The notes beneath the pieces were generated by a model. The model ran no database searches, was not told the DNA's origin, and was given only the letters and a program-made list of their open reading frames with translations. This document shows positions 30,731 to 41,491 of a stretch of 64,000 nt of DNA, piece after piece (position 1 is the first letter of the stretch; every line of letters starts with the position of its first letter). The DNA comes from an uncultured bacterium (GTDB taxonomy: Bacteria > Margulisbacteria > WOR-1 > CAVSGV01), in contig CAVYHE010000007.1 in the NCBI GenBank assembly GCA_963768305.1, positions 125,485 through 189,484 on the forward strand, in the 5' to 3' direction. A program made the translations under genes and the position numbers.

Positions 30731-31690
30731 TTGAAGCTTCCTGAGTTAAAGATCGGCGACATGGTCGCGAAGATACCCATCGTCCAAGGCGGCATGGCGG
30801 TAAAGATATCGACCGGCCTTCTGGCCGGCACGATCGCCGCTGCCGGAGCTATTGGCGTTATCGGCGCTTCCGGTATGGACCTTACTGAATTAAGGCAGGA
30901 AATACGAAAGGCCAGAGAGATTGCCAAGGGCGGGCTCGTGGGAATTAACATCATGTTCGCCGCCAGGGAATTCCTTGGCGCGGTAAATACAGCGATAAGC
31001 GAAAAAATAAGTTTTATCACCACCGGCGCCGGCTTCTCCAGGGATATCTTCAAGATCGGGAAAGAAACGAACACCCCCATTTTTCCGATAGTATCTTCCG
31101 CAAAGCTCGCGAAGACAGCGGATAAATGCGGAGCCGCAGCTATAGTTGTTGAAGGAACTGAAGCTGGCGGCCATCTTGGAACGGACAGGTCCATTGAACT
31201 GATACTGCCTGAAGTCAGGGCCGTCACAAAGCTGCCGGTGATCGCCGCAGGAGGGATAACCGACGGTTGCGACATCGTGAAAATGTTCCGCCTTGGCGCC
31301 AACGGGGTCCAGATAGCGACCAGATTCGTCCTGACAAATGAGTGCGCGGCTGCGCCTGAATACAAGAAAGTATATCAGAACGCTAAAAAAGAGGATGTGG
31401 TTCTGATATCCAGCCCGGTCGGGATGCCCGGCCGCGCGATAAAAACAAAATTTGTCGAGCAGATCCTGAGCAAGACGGCTCCAAAGCCCATCGGCTGCGA
31501 CTATTGCCTTAAAAAATGCTCTCTTGAATACTGCATTGTCCAGGCCCTTATCAACGCCCAGCAGGGTAATGTCGAGGAAGGCATTGTTTTTTCGGGCGAT
31601 CACGTCTGGAAAATAAAGGACAAGACGATCCGCCCTGCCGTGGAAGTGCTTAATATGCTTGTGAAAGAGGCTGAAGAATGCAAAAAATAA
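30731..31690 (+). CDS. FabK/FabX-like FMN enzyme (nitronate monooxygenase family) with a C-terminal Cys cluster
   Basis: PIVQGGM, EAGGHLG, IAAGGI and CDYCLKKC...YCI; TTG start after GGAGG. Confidence 0.85.
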   Translation: MKLPELKIGDMVAKIPIVQGGMAVKISTGLLAGTIAAAGAIGVIGASGMDLTELRQEIRKAREIAKGGLVGINIMFAAREFLGAVNTAISEKISFITTGAGFSRDIFKIGKETNTPIFPIVSSAKLAKTADKCGAAAIVVEGTEAGGHLGTDRSIELILPEVRAVTKLPVIAAGGITDGCDIVKMFRLGANGVQIATRFVLTNECAAAPEYKKVYQNAKKEDVVLISSPVGMPGRAIKTKFVEQILSKTAPKPIGCDYCLKKCSLEYCIVQALINAQQGNVEEGIVFSGDHVWKIKDKTIRPAVEVLNMLVKEAEECKK

Positions 31691-32922
31691 GGGTAGTTGT
31701 AACTGGGTTAGGATGCGTTACTCCTATAGGCACGGGAAAGGACGCCTTCTGGAGCAATTTGATAGCCGGAAAGTCCGGCGCGGGAAGGATAACCCATTTT
31801 GATCCTACGGATTTCGATTGCCAGATAGCGGCAGAAGTGAAGGATTTTGATCCTTCTCTTTACATGGACAAGAAAGATTCAAGGCGCATCGTGCGGTTCA
31901 TTCAGTTCGCAATAGCTGCGGCAAAGATAGCTCTTGCGGATTCAAAACTTGAGATAAATCCCTCTAATGCCGACCGCGCCGGGACATTAATCGGATCCGG
32001 TATAGGAGGAATAGCTTTTTTGGAAGAGCAGGCTAAAGTTATTCTTGAAAAAGGCCCCTCCAAATGCTCTCCTTTCATGGTCCCATGGATGATCACGAAC
32101 ATGGCTGCTGGTATGGTCTCTATATTTTTAGGCTTAAAAGGCCCGAACAGCTGCACGGTGACTGCTTGTGCGTCAGGGACCAATAGCATCGGTGATGCAG
32201 CAAGGATAATAGAGCACGGCGATGCAGATATAATGATCTGCGGAGGAACCGAAGCTTCCATCACTCCGCTTGGCATCGCGGGTTTCTCTGCGGCAAAAGC
32301 GCTTACGACCAGGAACAACGAGCCGGAAAAAGCTTCAAGGCCATTCGACAGGGACAGGAATGGTTTTCTTATGGGAGAAGGCTCCGGAATTGTCGTACTT
32401 GAATCGCTCGACCACGCAATGAAAAGAGGCGCGCATATTTACGCGGAAGTCGCCGGCTATGGGATGTCAGGTGATGCGTACCACATGACTGCGCCAGCAC
32501 CGGACGGAAATGGAGCGGTAAGAGCCATGGCTCTTGCTTTAAAAGATGCCGGGTTTAGGCCGGAAGATATTGATCATATCAATGCTCACGGAACATCGAC
32601 GGACCTTAACGACAAGTTCGAAACAATGGCGATCAAGAAGCTCTTCGGCGATCATGCGAAAAAAATAGCTGTCTGTTCGAACAAATCCATGATCGGGCAT
32701 ATGCTTGGCGCGGCCGGAGCTGTGGAATTTATTTCGATGGTAATGTCGCTTGTTCACGATATTGTGCCGCCGACGATAAACCTGGATAACCCGGATCCCG
32801 AATGCGACCTGGATTATGTGCCTCACAAAGCTAGAAAAATGCCTGTTCGTGCTGCGATCTCGAATTCATTCGGATTTGGAGGGCACAACGCAGTAATTGC
32901 CGCCAAAAAATTTAAAATCTAA
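31678..32922 (+). CDS. fabF: Beta-ketoacyl-ACP synthase II
   Basis: TACASG, NAHGTST, KSMIGH and NSFGFGGHN. Confidence 0.97.
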   Translation: MQKIRVVVTGLGCVTPIGTGKDAFWSNLIAGKSGAGRITHFDPTDFDCQIAAEVKDFDPSLYMDKKDSRRIVRFIQFAIAAAKIALADSKLEINPSNADRAGTLIGSGIGGIAFLEEQAKVILEKGPSKCSPFMVPWMITNMAAGMVSIFLGLKGPNSCTVTACASGTNSIGDAARIIEHGDADIMICGGTEASITPLGIAGFSAAKALTTRNNEPEKASRPFDRDRNGFLMGEGSGIVVLESLDHAMKRGAHIYAEVAGYGMSGDAYHMTAPAPDGNGAVRAMALALKDAGFRPEDIDHINAHGTSTDLNDKFETMAIKKLFGDHAKKIAVCSNKSMIGHMLGAAGAVEFISMVMSLVHDIVPPTINLDNPDPECDLDYVPHKARKMPVRAAISNSFGFGGHNAVIAAKKFKI

Positions 32923-35900
32923 AGCTCTAGTTCGTGCGGGTATCACCGCAGCAGTATGCCTGTTTTTTGCGTTATTTTTTCGATCATCATCTTTCCCAGA
33001 CAACACTACCTATCCTCAGATAAATATTTCCGGCTACAAAGATTATTCATACAACAGCCTGAATGTCGATGAAATGCAGAATTTGTTCACCGCGCAATCA
33101 ATGCTGGGCGGGTATTACACCGGCGCTCCGTGGCAGGAAAAGCTTCAGCTGCGGATCATCGGGAAGCTTAATGAAAAGCTTTCGGTGTCATATGACCTTG
33201 AACAAATGCCGGACATGCCGGACAAATTTGACGTTAAAGTGGATTATGATAAGACCGAGCTGACGTTCGGTGATATTCAGGCGAATTTTTCTGAGAATGA
33301 ATTTGTATCGGCTTCAAAAAGCCTGAACGGCGTCATGATCACATCAAAAGACAGCTGGTATAACCTGAATCTTGTCCCTTCTGCAAAAGAGCAAAGCCAA
33401 ACTCAAAGCCTTGTATCCCAAAGTGGGAACAACACAAAAGGCCCGTATAATCTGGGCCATGGGTCCATAATTGAAGATTCTGAAAGGATCGAATTGAACA
33501 ATGTCCTTCTTTCCAAAGGGGCCGATTACACCATAGACTATTTTGGGGGGAGTATAACTTTTTCAAAGATCCTCACAACGAGTGATGTGTTCAAATATTC
33601 CTTTGAATATACTAATCTGGTAAATCAGTTCTTCCCTTCGGTTTCACAGTTAAATTTCACAGGTTTGGAAGGGAATATTACCGTAAGCCCCGCGCTTTTT
33701 GGCGCACCAGGAATAAAAGCTGAAAGATCGATAAAGGAGGCTACTGATTATTTCCCGACTAATATAGATCTTTCTCTCCCTAAGCCGTCAAATGAAGCTC
33801 AAGCTGCTCCTAACGAGCTGGAAAGTACCGGCAATTACAGCCTGAAGAACACACCCGTTGTCCCATACAGCGAAAAACTGACACTTTCAGGCGTGCAGCT
33901 GAAAAAAGCAAAGGACTATACCATAAACTACGATGACGGGACCATAACATTGCTCTCCCCTTCTCTCCCTACGGCGGCCGAACCGTTGACAGTTGAATAT
34001 GAATATGTTGAAGTTGCCAATGCATCCGACACTCTTCTTGGCAATGGAAAAGGCCCTTACGCGCTTTCTTTCGGCAACGTGGCTCAGGGAAGTGAATCTG
34101 TTCTTGTAAGCGGCACTCCTTATGTAAGGGACCTGGATTATAAAATTGATTATCAGAACGGAAAGCTCACGTTCTTTTCGTATATTCCCAGTACCGCGAA
34201 TGTCGTCGTAAAATACAAACATCTTGTAATAACGGCCCCGCCCCCGCCTCCGGCCCCGGAAACCCAAACAGCCCTGAACATTGGAGTAAGTTATTTGAAA
34301 GAATCCGGCCAAAGCGGAGCGTCAGCGCCCAGTACCGCGGTAACCGATACTTTCTCCGGGTCAAGCATTTTAAATCAAAGTGGAATTACTGATGATGCTA
34401 CGGCATATCTGTCTTTCAGGCCTTTGACCACATCGGATGAGGTTACGGTCATGAAGAACAATCAAACTCTGACACAAGGTGTTCAATACTTCCTTCCCAC
34501 AGTTATAGTTTATCCATCAAGAGAAGTGAGCCCGCCGGCAAAGCTCGCATACATAACAGATCCGGCAGATGCTTCTGACGGGCTTAAGACCGGCACGATC
34601 TATTTCCCTCCTGGAATTATCTCTCCGACAGATGAGGTGACCGTAAGTTATAATCACATACAATGGTCCGCTAACCAGTTCTCCGGCAACGGAACAAGCA
34701 GTACAAGAACTTATTTCTTAAGTAACGTCCTGGGACTTGTTCCTGGCACCGAACAGGTACGAATATGGAGAAAGAGCGACACGAATCCGGTATTACAAAC
34801 GCTAATAAGGAACAGCAGCATAGAAGTTTATGACGGGCAATATTCCATTAACTATACGGATCCGCCAAACATTACATTTAACAGTGATCCTCTGATCGTG
34901 AACGGCCAAACATATTCTCTTAATGATATTAATTTCACGGTGATCTACAGGTTCGTAGCGCAATCAAGTGCTTCGAGCCAGCCGATCACACATGATGTCG
35001 TTGGGACCGATCTTAACTTGAAGGTCGGAAATAATTTTAATATGGGATTGTCTGTCGCAAAATCAACAACTGACCAAGTTCTCACTTCTTCAAGCACAAA
35101 TGAAACATTCTACGGGGATGGGTCTACCAAATCTTTCCCTTTGCACAGCCAAGGGTTGATAATCGACGGGAGCGATCAGGTCTTTATGAACGGCCAGAAA
35201 CTTAACAGGGACAGCCAATATTCTTTTTTGTATACTCAACCAGGGACATTGACTTTCTTTCTTTTGACGCCGACAGCTTCGGACGAAATTTCTGTCAATT
35301 ACAGCTATCAGAGCACTTCCGGCACTAATACTGCTGTGAATATAAAACAGGGCAACGCGTTTAAATTCAGTACAGATATCAGGCCTTTTTCCAATCTTGA
35401 GATAGGCGGGGACTACAGGAAAATCGATTCGGATTTTTCACCTATGGGCGGCACATCCATCCCCCTCGGCAGTGATTATAAGCACGCTGATGTAAGATAT
35501 ACTCCTTTTCCGACCCTGTTTTCCAGTTTCTGGCTGTCCGCGGATCAAATAGAAACGAATTCACCTCTTAACAATTCTACGAATAAATTCCTCCATACGG
35601 TTGACATGAATTTATCAACAGGGCTTAATCCTTATGGTTTGGCGCAGATCAACATGAACTACAGGGAATACACTACCCTGGACGATATCACCGCCGAAGG
35701 CGCGGCGCATAGTGACGACACCAGATTGCAGGCTTATTCTTTAAGTGTTGCTCCTGCACAGCTTCGCATCGGCGATTTCAGTTTAACCAATTCAGATAAC
35801 GGCACAAAAACAATTTCTTCTACGGATATAGTGGATAAACTGCAGCCGGTCGACATTATTTCCGAGTACTATCACACCAATAACGCTTTTCAGTACACCA

Positions 35901-37039
35901 GCAGGGCCAAATGGGTCTTGGATTATCAGGAAAATCTGCCAAGCACGATCTCTTATGAACCGGGAAGCTTAACTAAAGGAAAAACCGTTGCAAGAGAAGA
36001 AATAGATGACCTTAGCTCCAATTTCAATCTGGACCTTACTTTTGGCGGACTTAAGAAATTAAGTGCTTATCTTAATCAGTCAGGCCACAACGATAACAAT
36101 TTTACTCTCGGGACGGTCAGCTCCACGGTGAACGAAACTTATCACGTAGATTTTGTCCCGGTCGATCAGGTTGTTTCCAGCATAGACCATAACCGGCAGG
36201 AAACTCCGACCGTCACAACTGCTTATGGAAATCCGAAGACGGAGGTTTCGTCAGCCAATATCAGCATCACTCCGTACTCTTTTGCGAGTTTCGGCTGGTC
36301 GGGATCGATAAATGATTCTCTGCAGGAGGGTGGAGTGAGAACTTCCGGCAACGCAAATACATATACTATAAATTATACGCCGATCTCAACCCCAATTTAT
36401 AAACTGGCAACGAATTACAATCTTAGCGCAAGCATAAGCAAGGCTCCTTCGGGAACCGTGGAGGTTTCTACAGATACCAGGTCTTTCAACCAGAATTATA
36501 CCTTGACCATAACACCTACTCCCACTTGGTCGATAACCTCTGGATTCGGTCAGCAGGATTATACCAATAAGAACAGTCTTTTCACTGATGATGCTTCCAC
36601 TTTGGAGGGCGGAGTGGACACAATAGCCCAGAGCCAGACCGTACAAATAGGTACCTCTTATAAGCCGTGGAACGAATTGACCCTTTCAGGAAATTGTGCT
36701 GTACAGTTAACAAAAACGCCCAGCCAGATCGGCAATAAAGCTGATGTTGATGCGCATGCCGTTTACTCCTTTTTTACGTATGGCACGGTCAATTATGACT
36801 GGTCGCAGGAAGATAACACCGGTGAAATCCTAGGCGGAGTATCTACTATCGGTGAGGATTATACAAAGATAATACAAAACTTCTCAACAAATATAGTTAT
36901 CCCGCAGAAAGGCCAGTTCATCCTTTCGAGTATTGTTCTGAAAGCCGCGGTTAAATGGGCAAATTACATGGACAGGGTCACTCCCGCCAACAGTTTCCAG
37001 GCGACTACTCTCTCATTTGAAGGGACATTCAACTTCTAG
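32897..37039 (+). CDS. Large outer-membrane/surface protein with repeated beta-rich domains
   Basis: N-terminal hydrophobic segment, about 6 repeats containing DY.IDY..G.itF, amphipathic strands and C-terminal FEGTFNF. Confidence 0.7.
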   Translation: MPPKNLKSKALVRAGITAAVCLFFALFFRSSSFPDNTTYPQINISGYKDYSYNSLNVDEMQNLFTAQSMLGGYYTGAPWQEKLQLRIIGKLNEKLSVSYDLEQMPDMPDKFDVKVDYDKTELTFGDIQANFSENEFVSASKSLNGVMITSKDSWYNLNLVPSAKEQSQTQSLVSQSGNNTKGPYNLGHGSIIEDSERIELNNVLLSKGADYTIDYFGGSITFSKILTTSDVFKYSFEYTNLVNQFFPSVSQLNFTGLEGNITVSPALFGAPGIKAERSIKEATDYFPTNIDLSLPKPSNEAQAAPNELESTGNYSLKNTPVVPYSEKLTLSGVQLKKAKDYTINYDDGTITLLSPSLPTAAEPLTVEYEYVEVANASDTLLGNGKGPYALSFGNVAQGSESVLVSGTPYVRDLDYKIDYQNGKLTFFSYIPSTANVVVKYKHLVITAPPPPPAPETQTALNIGVSYLKESGQSGASAPSTAVTDTFSGSSILNQSGITDDATAYLSFRPLTTSDEVTVMKNNQTLTQGVQYFLPTVIVYPSREVSPPAKLAYITDPADASDGLKTGTIYFPPGIISPTDEVTVSYNHIQWSANQFSGNGTSSTRTYFLSNVLGLVPGTEQVRIWRKSDTNPVLQTLIRNSSIEVYDGQYSINYTDPPNITFNSDPLIVNGQTYSLNDINFTVIYRFVAQSSASSQPITHDVVGTDLNLKVGNNFNMGLSVAKSTTDQVLTSSSTNETFYGDGSTKSFPLHSQGLIIDGSDQVFMNGQKLNRDSQYSFLYTQPGTLTFFLLTPTASDEISVNYSYQSTSGTNTAVNIKQGNAFKFSTDIRPFSNLEIGGDYRKIDSDFSPMGGTSIPLGSDYKHADVRYTPFPTLFSSFWLSADQIETNSPLNNSTNKFLHTVDMNLSTGLNPYGLAQINMNYREYTTLDDITAEGAAHSDDTRLQAYSLSVAPAQLRIGDFSLTNSDNGTKTISSTDIVDKLQPVDIISEYYHTNNAFQYTSRAKWVLDYQENLPSTISYEPGSLTKGKTVAREEIDDLSSNFNLDLTFGGLKKLSAYLNQSGHNDNNFTLGTVSSTVNETYHVDFVPVDQVVSSIDHNRQETPTVTTAYGNPKTEVSSANISITPYSFASFGWSGSINDSLQEGGVRTSGNANTYTINYTPISTPIYKLATNYNLSASISKAPSGTVEVSTDTRSFNQNYTLTITPTPTWSITSGFGQQDYTNKNSLFTDDASTLEGGVDTIAQSQTVQIGTSYKPWNELTLSGNCAVQLTKTPSQIGNKADVDAHAVYSFFTYGTVNYDWSQEDNTGEILGGVSTIGEDYTKIIQNFSTNIVIPQKGQFILSSIVLKAAVKWANYMDRVTPANSFQATTLSFEGTFNF

Positions 37040-37051
37040 TATAATCCAGTT

Positions 37052-38267
37052 ATGATAAAAGACAGTCTTGAGTCCCGGGCAGCCAAAGTATTATCCCCTG
37101 CCCTTTCGCATTATACTTCTCTGGAGATCGAGAAAGGACGCGGGGTTTATCTCATCTCAAAGAGCGGACGGAAATATCTTGATTTTGCCTGTGGGATCGC
37201 CGTTACGAATTTGGGCCACTGCCATCCAAAAGTAGTGTCAGCCGCCGTCAAACAAACAAAAAAGCTGATCCACGCCTGTGCAGGAATAGTTTATTACGAA
37301 CCGAACATTCTTCTTGCTGAAAAGCTCGCAAAAATATGCCCGGCGGGATTGAATATGAGCTTTTTCTGCCAGAGCGGCGCGGAAGCCGTAGAAGGCGCGA
37401 TAAAGCTGGCAAAGTATGTGAAGAACAAGCCGGGGCTGATCGCTTTTGAAGGCAGCTTCCACGGCCGTACACTGGGAGCGCTTTCTATCACCTCGTCCAA
37501 ACAGAAATATCGCGACCGTTACGAGCCTCTTCTGCCGAACGTATTTTTTGCGCCCTACTCGCAGAAGGATTCTCTTTCAAGGGTCGAAGATATTCTGAAG
37601 ATCCGACAATATAGCCGGAGTGATCGTCGAGCCGGTGCAGGGTGAAGGCGGATATATCGTCCCTTCCAAAGATTTCCTTTCGGGGCTGCGGGAGCTTTGC
37701 GACAAGTATGATGCGCTGCTGATATTTGACGAGGTCCAGACCGGCCTGGGCCGCACCGGCAAAATGTTCGCATCGGAATATTTCGGGGTTTATCCGGACG
37801 TGATGGCCCTGGCAAAGGGTATTGCCTCGGGGTTCCCTTTGGGCGCCGTGATAGCAAAAGACCGCATAATGAAGCAATGGTCGCCCGGGGCACATGGCAG
37901 CACCATGACAGGCAACCCCGTTTCATGTGCGGCGGCACTTGCAACGCTGGATGTGATGGAAAAAGAAAAACTTCCTCAGGCAGCTGCCAAAATGGGCGCG
38001 TATCTTAAGTCCAAACTGGGAACATTAGCCGATAAATATCCGTTAATCGTTGACGTGCGCGGATTAGGCCTTATGATCGGGATCGAGTTCAAGGACAGCG
38101 CAGTCGTAAAGCAGGTAATGTCTTCTTGTTTGAAGGCAGGCCTCATCCTTATCTCCTGCGGAACGCGCGACCAGGTCATCCGCATGATCCCGCCGCTGAT
38201 CGTTTCAAAAAATCAGGTCGACGCCGCACTGAAAATATTCGAAACGGCCCTTAAAGACCTGATCTAA
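37052..38267 (+). pseudogene. Class III PLP aminotransferase (GabT/ArgD-like), frameshifted near 37598-37601; probably a sequencing indel
   Basis: YLDFACGIAV, SGAEAVE and FHGRT in 37052..37645; VEPVQGEGG, DEVQTG and LAKG in 37620..38267. Confidence 0.9.
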
Positions 38268-39370
38268 TGAAAAGATCCTCCATTATTATGCTGTCGTTTT
38301 TCCTTGCCGCAGCCGCGGTTTCATTTTCATATTGCGGCGAGATCACCGTAAAAGAATGGACACCCAATATGGGGATCACGGGATTTTCTGCGCAAAACAA
38401 CGGTTTGTCACTTCGGGCCATTTCCTCAATGCCGGTATTAACAAGCAAAGGAGATCTTTATCTTGATGCCGAAAAGTTTAAGGTTCTGGAGATACAGATA
38501 AGGTCCGACATCAACTATGCAACGGGAAAGGTGTTTTTCAGGCGCATAGGCGATCCTGGTTTTATCAGATACAATTCCGTGGAATTCCATGCCGGTCAGG
38601 CGGGCACGCTAAAAAACTGCCTAATTGATCTCTCAAGGAATCCTAACTGGAATGGGACCATAATGCAGCTCGCGCTGGTCCCCGTTGATTCTGAAGGATC
38701 GGTCAAGATAGAAAGCATTAAATTCTTTGAACCGGACTTTCGTTTGAAATTTGCTGTTTTCTGGAAGGAATTCTTCGCATTTGAAAAACCTCTGCCCAGA
38801 ACGATCAATTTCATTTACGGCCCGAGGATCAACGGGATCTCCGTGAACGCATACATATATTTATTGATAATTCTCATTTCCCTGTTACTGATAGTCGTTT
38901 ACTGGGTCAAATTCAATGAACCCGGCAAATTATTGAATGTCATATCGTCAAAGATGATCATTGTTTGTTTTATTTTCTGGCTTTTGCTTGATGCGAGGAC
39001 AGCATTGGATCAATTTAGGTCGGCTGTTGTCGATCATCAAACTTTTGGGGGCAAGAGCCTTGAAGAAAAACAGGCGCTTTCAACGAACGGCAGCTATTAT
39101 GATTTCTATCATTATCTGAGATTCTGCGGTGAAAAGATACCTTCCGGTTCAAGTTATTCGATTATCGTTCCGCCAAACGCGGTTTATTTCACGGATAAGG
39201 CAAGGTATTATCTTTATCCGACATATGAAGACACCAAAGAAGCGGAGTATATGCTTGTATATGATCCGCAAAGAACGATAAAAACCGATGATATCCCTCG
39301 AAAAGAATTCAAAAGATATGCGGATTTCGGCAATGATCGATACATCTTGAAGAGGGCTGCGGGTTTATGA
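38267..39370 (+). CDS. Membrane protein with an N-terminal extracytoplasmic domain
   Basis: Signal peptide, beta-rich domain and two TM helices; coupled to its neighbours. Confidence 0.65.
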   Translation: MKRSSIIMLSFFLAAAAVSFSYCGEITVKEWTPNMGITGFSAQNNGLSLRAISSMPVLTSKGDLYLDAEKFKVLEIQIRSDINYATGKVFFRRIGDPGFIRYNSVEFHAGQAGTLKNCLIDLSRNPNWNGTIMQLALVPVDSEGSVKIESIKFFEPDFRLKFAVFWKEFFAFEKPLPRTINFIYGPRINGISVNAYIYLLIILISLLLIVVYWVKFNEPGKLLNVISSKMIIVCFIFWLLLDARTALDQFRSAVVDHQTFGGKSLEEKQALSTNGSYYDFYHYLRFCGEKIPSGSSYSIIVPPNAVYFTDKARYYLYPTYEDTKEAEYMLVYDPQRTIKTDDIPRKEFKRYADFGNDRYILKRAAGL

Positions 39371-40752
39371 TGATATTAAAGCTGATCTTCGCTCTTTTAT
39401 TTCCGACCGCTCTGGGATATATGTTGATCGTTTCTATCTCTTCAAAAAATGACGGATTCATGCCTCTTGAAAAACTCGGATTATCTTACGGCATCGGAAC
39501 AGGCATTTTAACCTTCATAATGTTCCTTATCGGCGCGTTCAAATGCCCGATAGATCTATCAAGCATCTTTGTTGCATGCGCGGTACTTTTCGCTTATCCG
39601 CTTTTTATAACTATAAGAAAGATCGATTTTCCTAAGTTATTCGCCGGTAGCATTAATATAAAAGATGTGAAATGGTACGAATGGGTCTTGATCTTCTTTG
39701 TCTCAGCAAGAGTGCTCTATTCATTTTTCAGCTCGGTGGTCAAACCTGTGGAGGATGTTGATGCTTTTGCGAATTGGAGCCTTAGGGCAAAAGTATTCTT
39801 CTTTCAACATTCCCTCTCGCTGGATAAGGTCCATGGTTATTTTCTTGGCGGCGGAGGCCACATTGACTATCCCATAAATATCCCGCTTTTGCAGGCCTGG
39901 ATCTATAATGTGCTTGGAACATGGAATGATCTTCTGGCTAAAGCAATATTTCCGACCTTCCTTCTGGCCCTTGTCGCCGTGTTTTACTGTTCAATGAGAA
40001 AGGTTTCCGGAAGGGCATTCAGTCTTTTTTCAACTTATTTGCTTACCACCCTGCCGTTTTTGATCTATCACTCTTCTTCATCATATATGGATTTCCCGCT
40101 ATGTTTTTATTTCTTCGCAAGTTTTGCCTGCCTATTGACATATATGAGGTCGGGCAGCAAGCCGCATCTTATCGTTTCCGCTTTGCTGGCGGGCATTTGC
40201 GCGTGGACAAAGAACGAAGGTTTGATCCTGGCTCTTGTCATCATCATATGCGCATTTGGATATCTTGCGTATATTGATAAAAACGATATTAAAAGAAAGG
40301 TCAAGTTGTCAGCTCTTTATGCCGCGATGCTGGCATTGATCCCGGTCGCCTGGCAAATATTTAAGGTCATATATAAAGTCCCGTCTCCGCCGGACCAGGT
40401 CCTATACTTTTCAAAAATGTTCGAATACGGGGGCAGGATCCCGGTGATAATTACTTCATGTTTTCAAAAAGCCTTTCTCTACGGGCACTGGAATATAGCA
40501 TGGTTCATGTTCTTTGCCGTATTGGTCTTTTCATTGATAAAAAGGAAGGCGGCCGTTGAGGGCTTGTTCGTTATCGGGGCGATCTTCCTCTGCATTGGCG
40601 GATACGGGATCGAATATTACCTTTCAAAGAGCTATGAATTCATCTTGGAAGGCACTACACTTAACAGGAATTTCCTAACTTTCATGCCGCTGGTCATTTA
40701 TTATATTTGCAGCAACATGCCTCATATCTCAGGAAAGATCGAGCGGAAGTGA
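39367..40752 (+). CDS. Polytopic GT-C-fold (family 39/PMT-like) glycosyltransferase
   Basis: More than 10 TM helices; DAFANWSLRAK, DYP and WTKNEG motifs. Confidence 0.65.
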   Translation: MMILKLIFALLFPTALGYMLIVSISSKNDGFMPLEKLGLSYGIGTGILTFIMFLIGAFKCPIDLSSIFVACAVLFAYPLFITIRKIDFPKLFAGSINIKDVKWYEWVLIFFVSARVLYSFFSSVVKPVEDVDAFANWSLRAKVFFFQHSLSLDKVHGYFLGGGGHIDYPINIPLLQAWIYNVLGTWNDLLAKAIFPTFLLALVAVFYCSMRKVSGRAFSLFSTYLLTTLPFLIYHSSSSYMDFPLCFYFFASFACLLTYMRSGSKPHLIVSALLAGICAWTKNEGLILALVIIICAFGYLAYIDKNDIKRKVKLSALYAAMLALIPVAWQIFKVIYKVPSPPDQVLYFSKMFEYGGRIPVIITSCFQKAFLYGHWNIAWFMFFAVLVFSLIKRKAAVEGLFVIGAIFLCIGGYGIEYYLSKSYEFILEGTTLNRNFLTFMPLVIYYICSNMPHISGKIERK

Positions 40753-40753
40753 T

Positions 40754-41491
40754 ATGACAGAACAAATAGAAGGAAGGAATCCCGTGCTTGAGGCTCTCCG
40801 CTCCGGAAGGCCTCTCAATAAGATACTGATCTCAAAAGATGTGGAGCGCCACACCGCGATAGCGGAAATACTTCATGCCGCAAAAACAAACAAAGTCCCG
40901 GTAGAATGGCTTTCTCCTGAAATATTAAAAACCAAAAGCCTGACCAAGTCCCCGCAGGGCGTTATAGCATATGTTTCCGCAAAAGGATATCTTGATGTTC
41001 ACGACCTGATAGCGATATCAAGGGCAAAAAATGAGCCGGCATTTTACGTGATCCTGGACAGCCTGGAAGATCCTCATAACCTCGGTGCGATATTGAGGAC
41101 GGCAGATTCCGCAGGCGTTCACGGGGTGATCATCCCGCAGAGGAGAGCTGTCGGCCTCACTGCCACTGTTGCAAAAGTTTCGGCAGGCGCGATGGAATAT
41201 GTACCCGTCGCAAGAGAGGTGAATCTGAACAATGCGATCAAGATACTAAAAGAAAATGATATTTGGGTGATAGGTATCGACCGGGACGGGAGAAGATCTT
41301 TTACAGAGATCGATTTCAAGCTGCCGACAGCGATAGTTATCGGAAGTGAAGGCAAAGGCATCTCCCGCCTGGTAAAGGAAAATTGTGATGATGTGGCATC
41401 GATCCCGATGAAAGGGAAGATCTCTTCGTTGAATGCTTCCGTAGCTGCCGGGATAGTGATGTACGAAGCCGTAAGGCAAAGAGGCGGATGA
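40754..41491 (+). CDS. rlmB: 23S rRNA 2'-O-methyltransferase (TrmH family)
   Basis: EGRNPV, DPHNLGAILR, GSEGKG and SLNASVA. Confidence 0.93.
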   Translation: MTEQIEGRNPVLEALRSGRPLNKILISKDVERHTAIAEILHAAKTNKVPVEWLSPEILKTKSLTKSPQGVIAYVSAKGYLDVHDLIAISRAKNEPAFYVILDSLEDPHNLGAILRTADSAGVHGVIIPQRRAVGLTATVAKVSAGAMEYVPVAREVNLNNAIKILKENDIWVIGIDRDGRRSFTEIDFKLPTAIVIGSEGKGISRLVKENCDDVASIPMKGKISSLNASVAAGIVMYEAVRQRGG

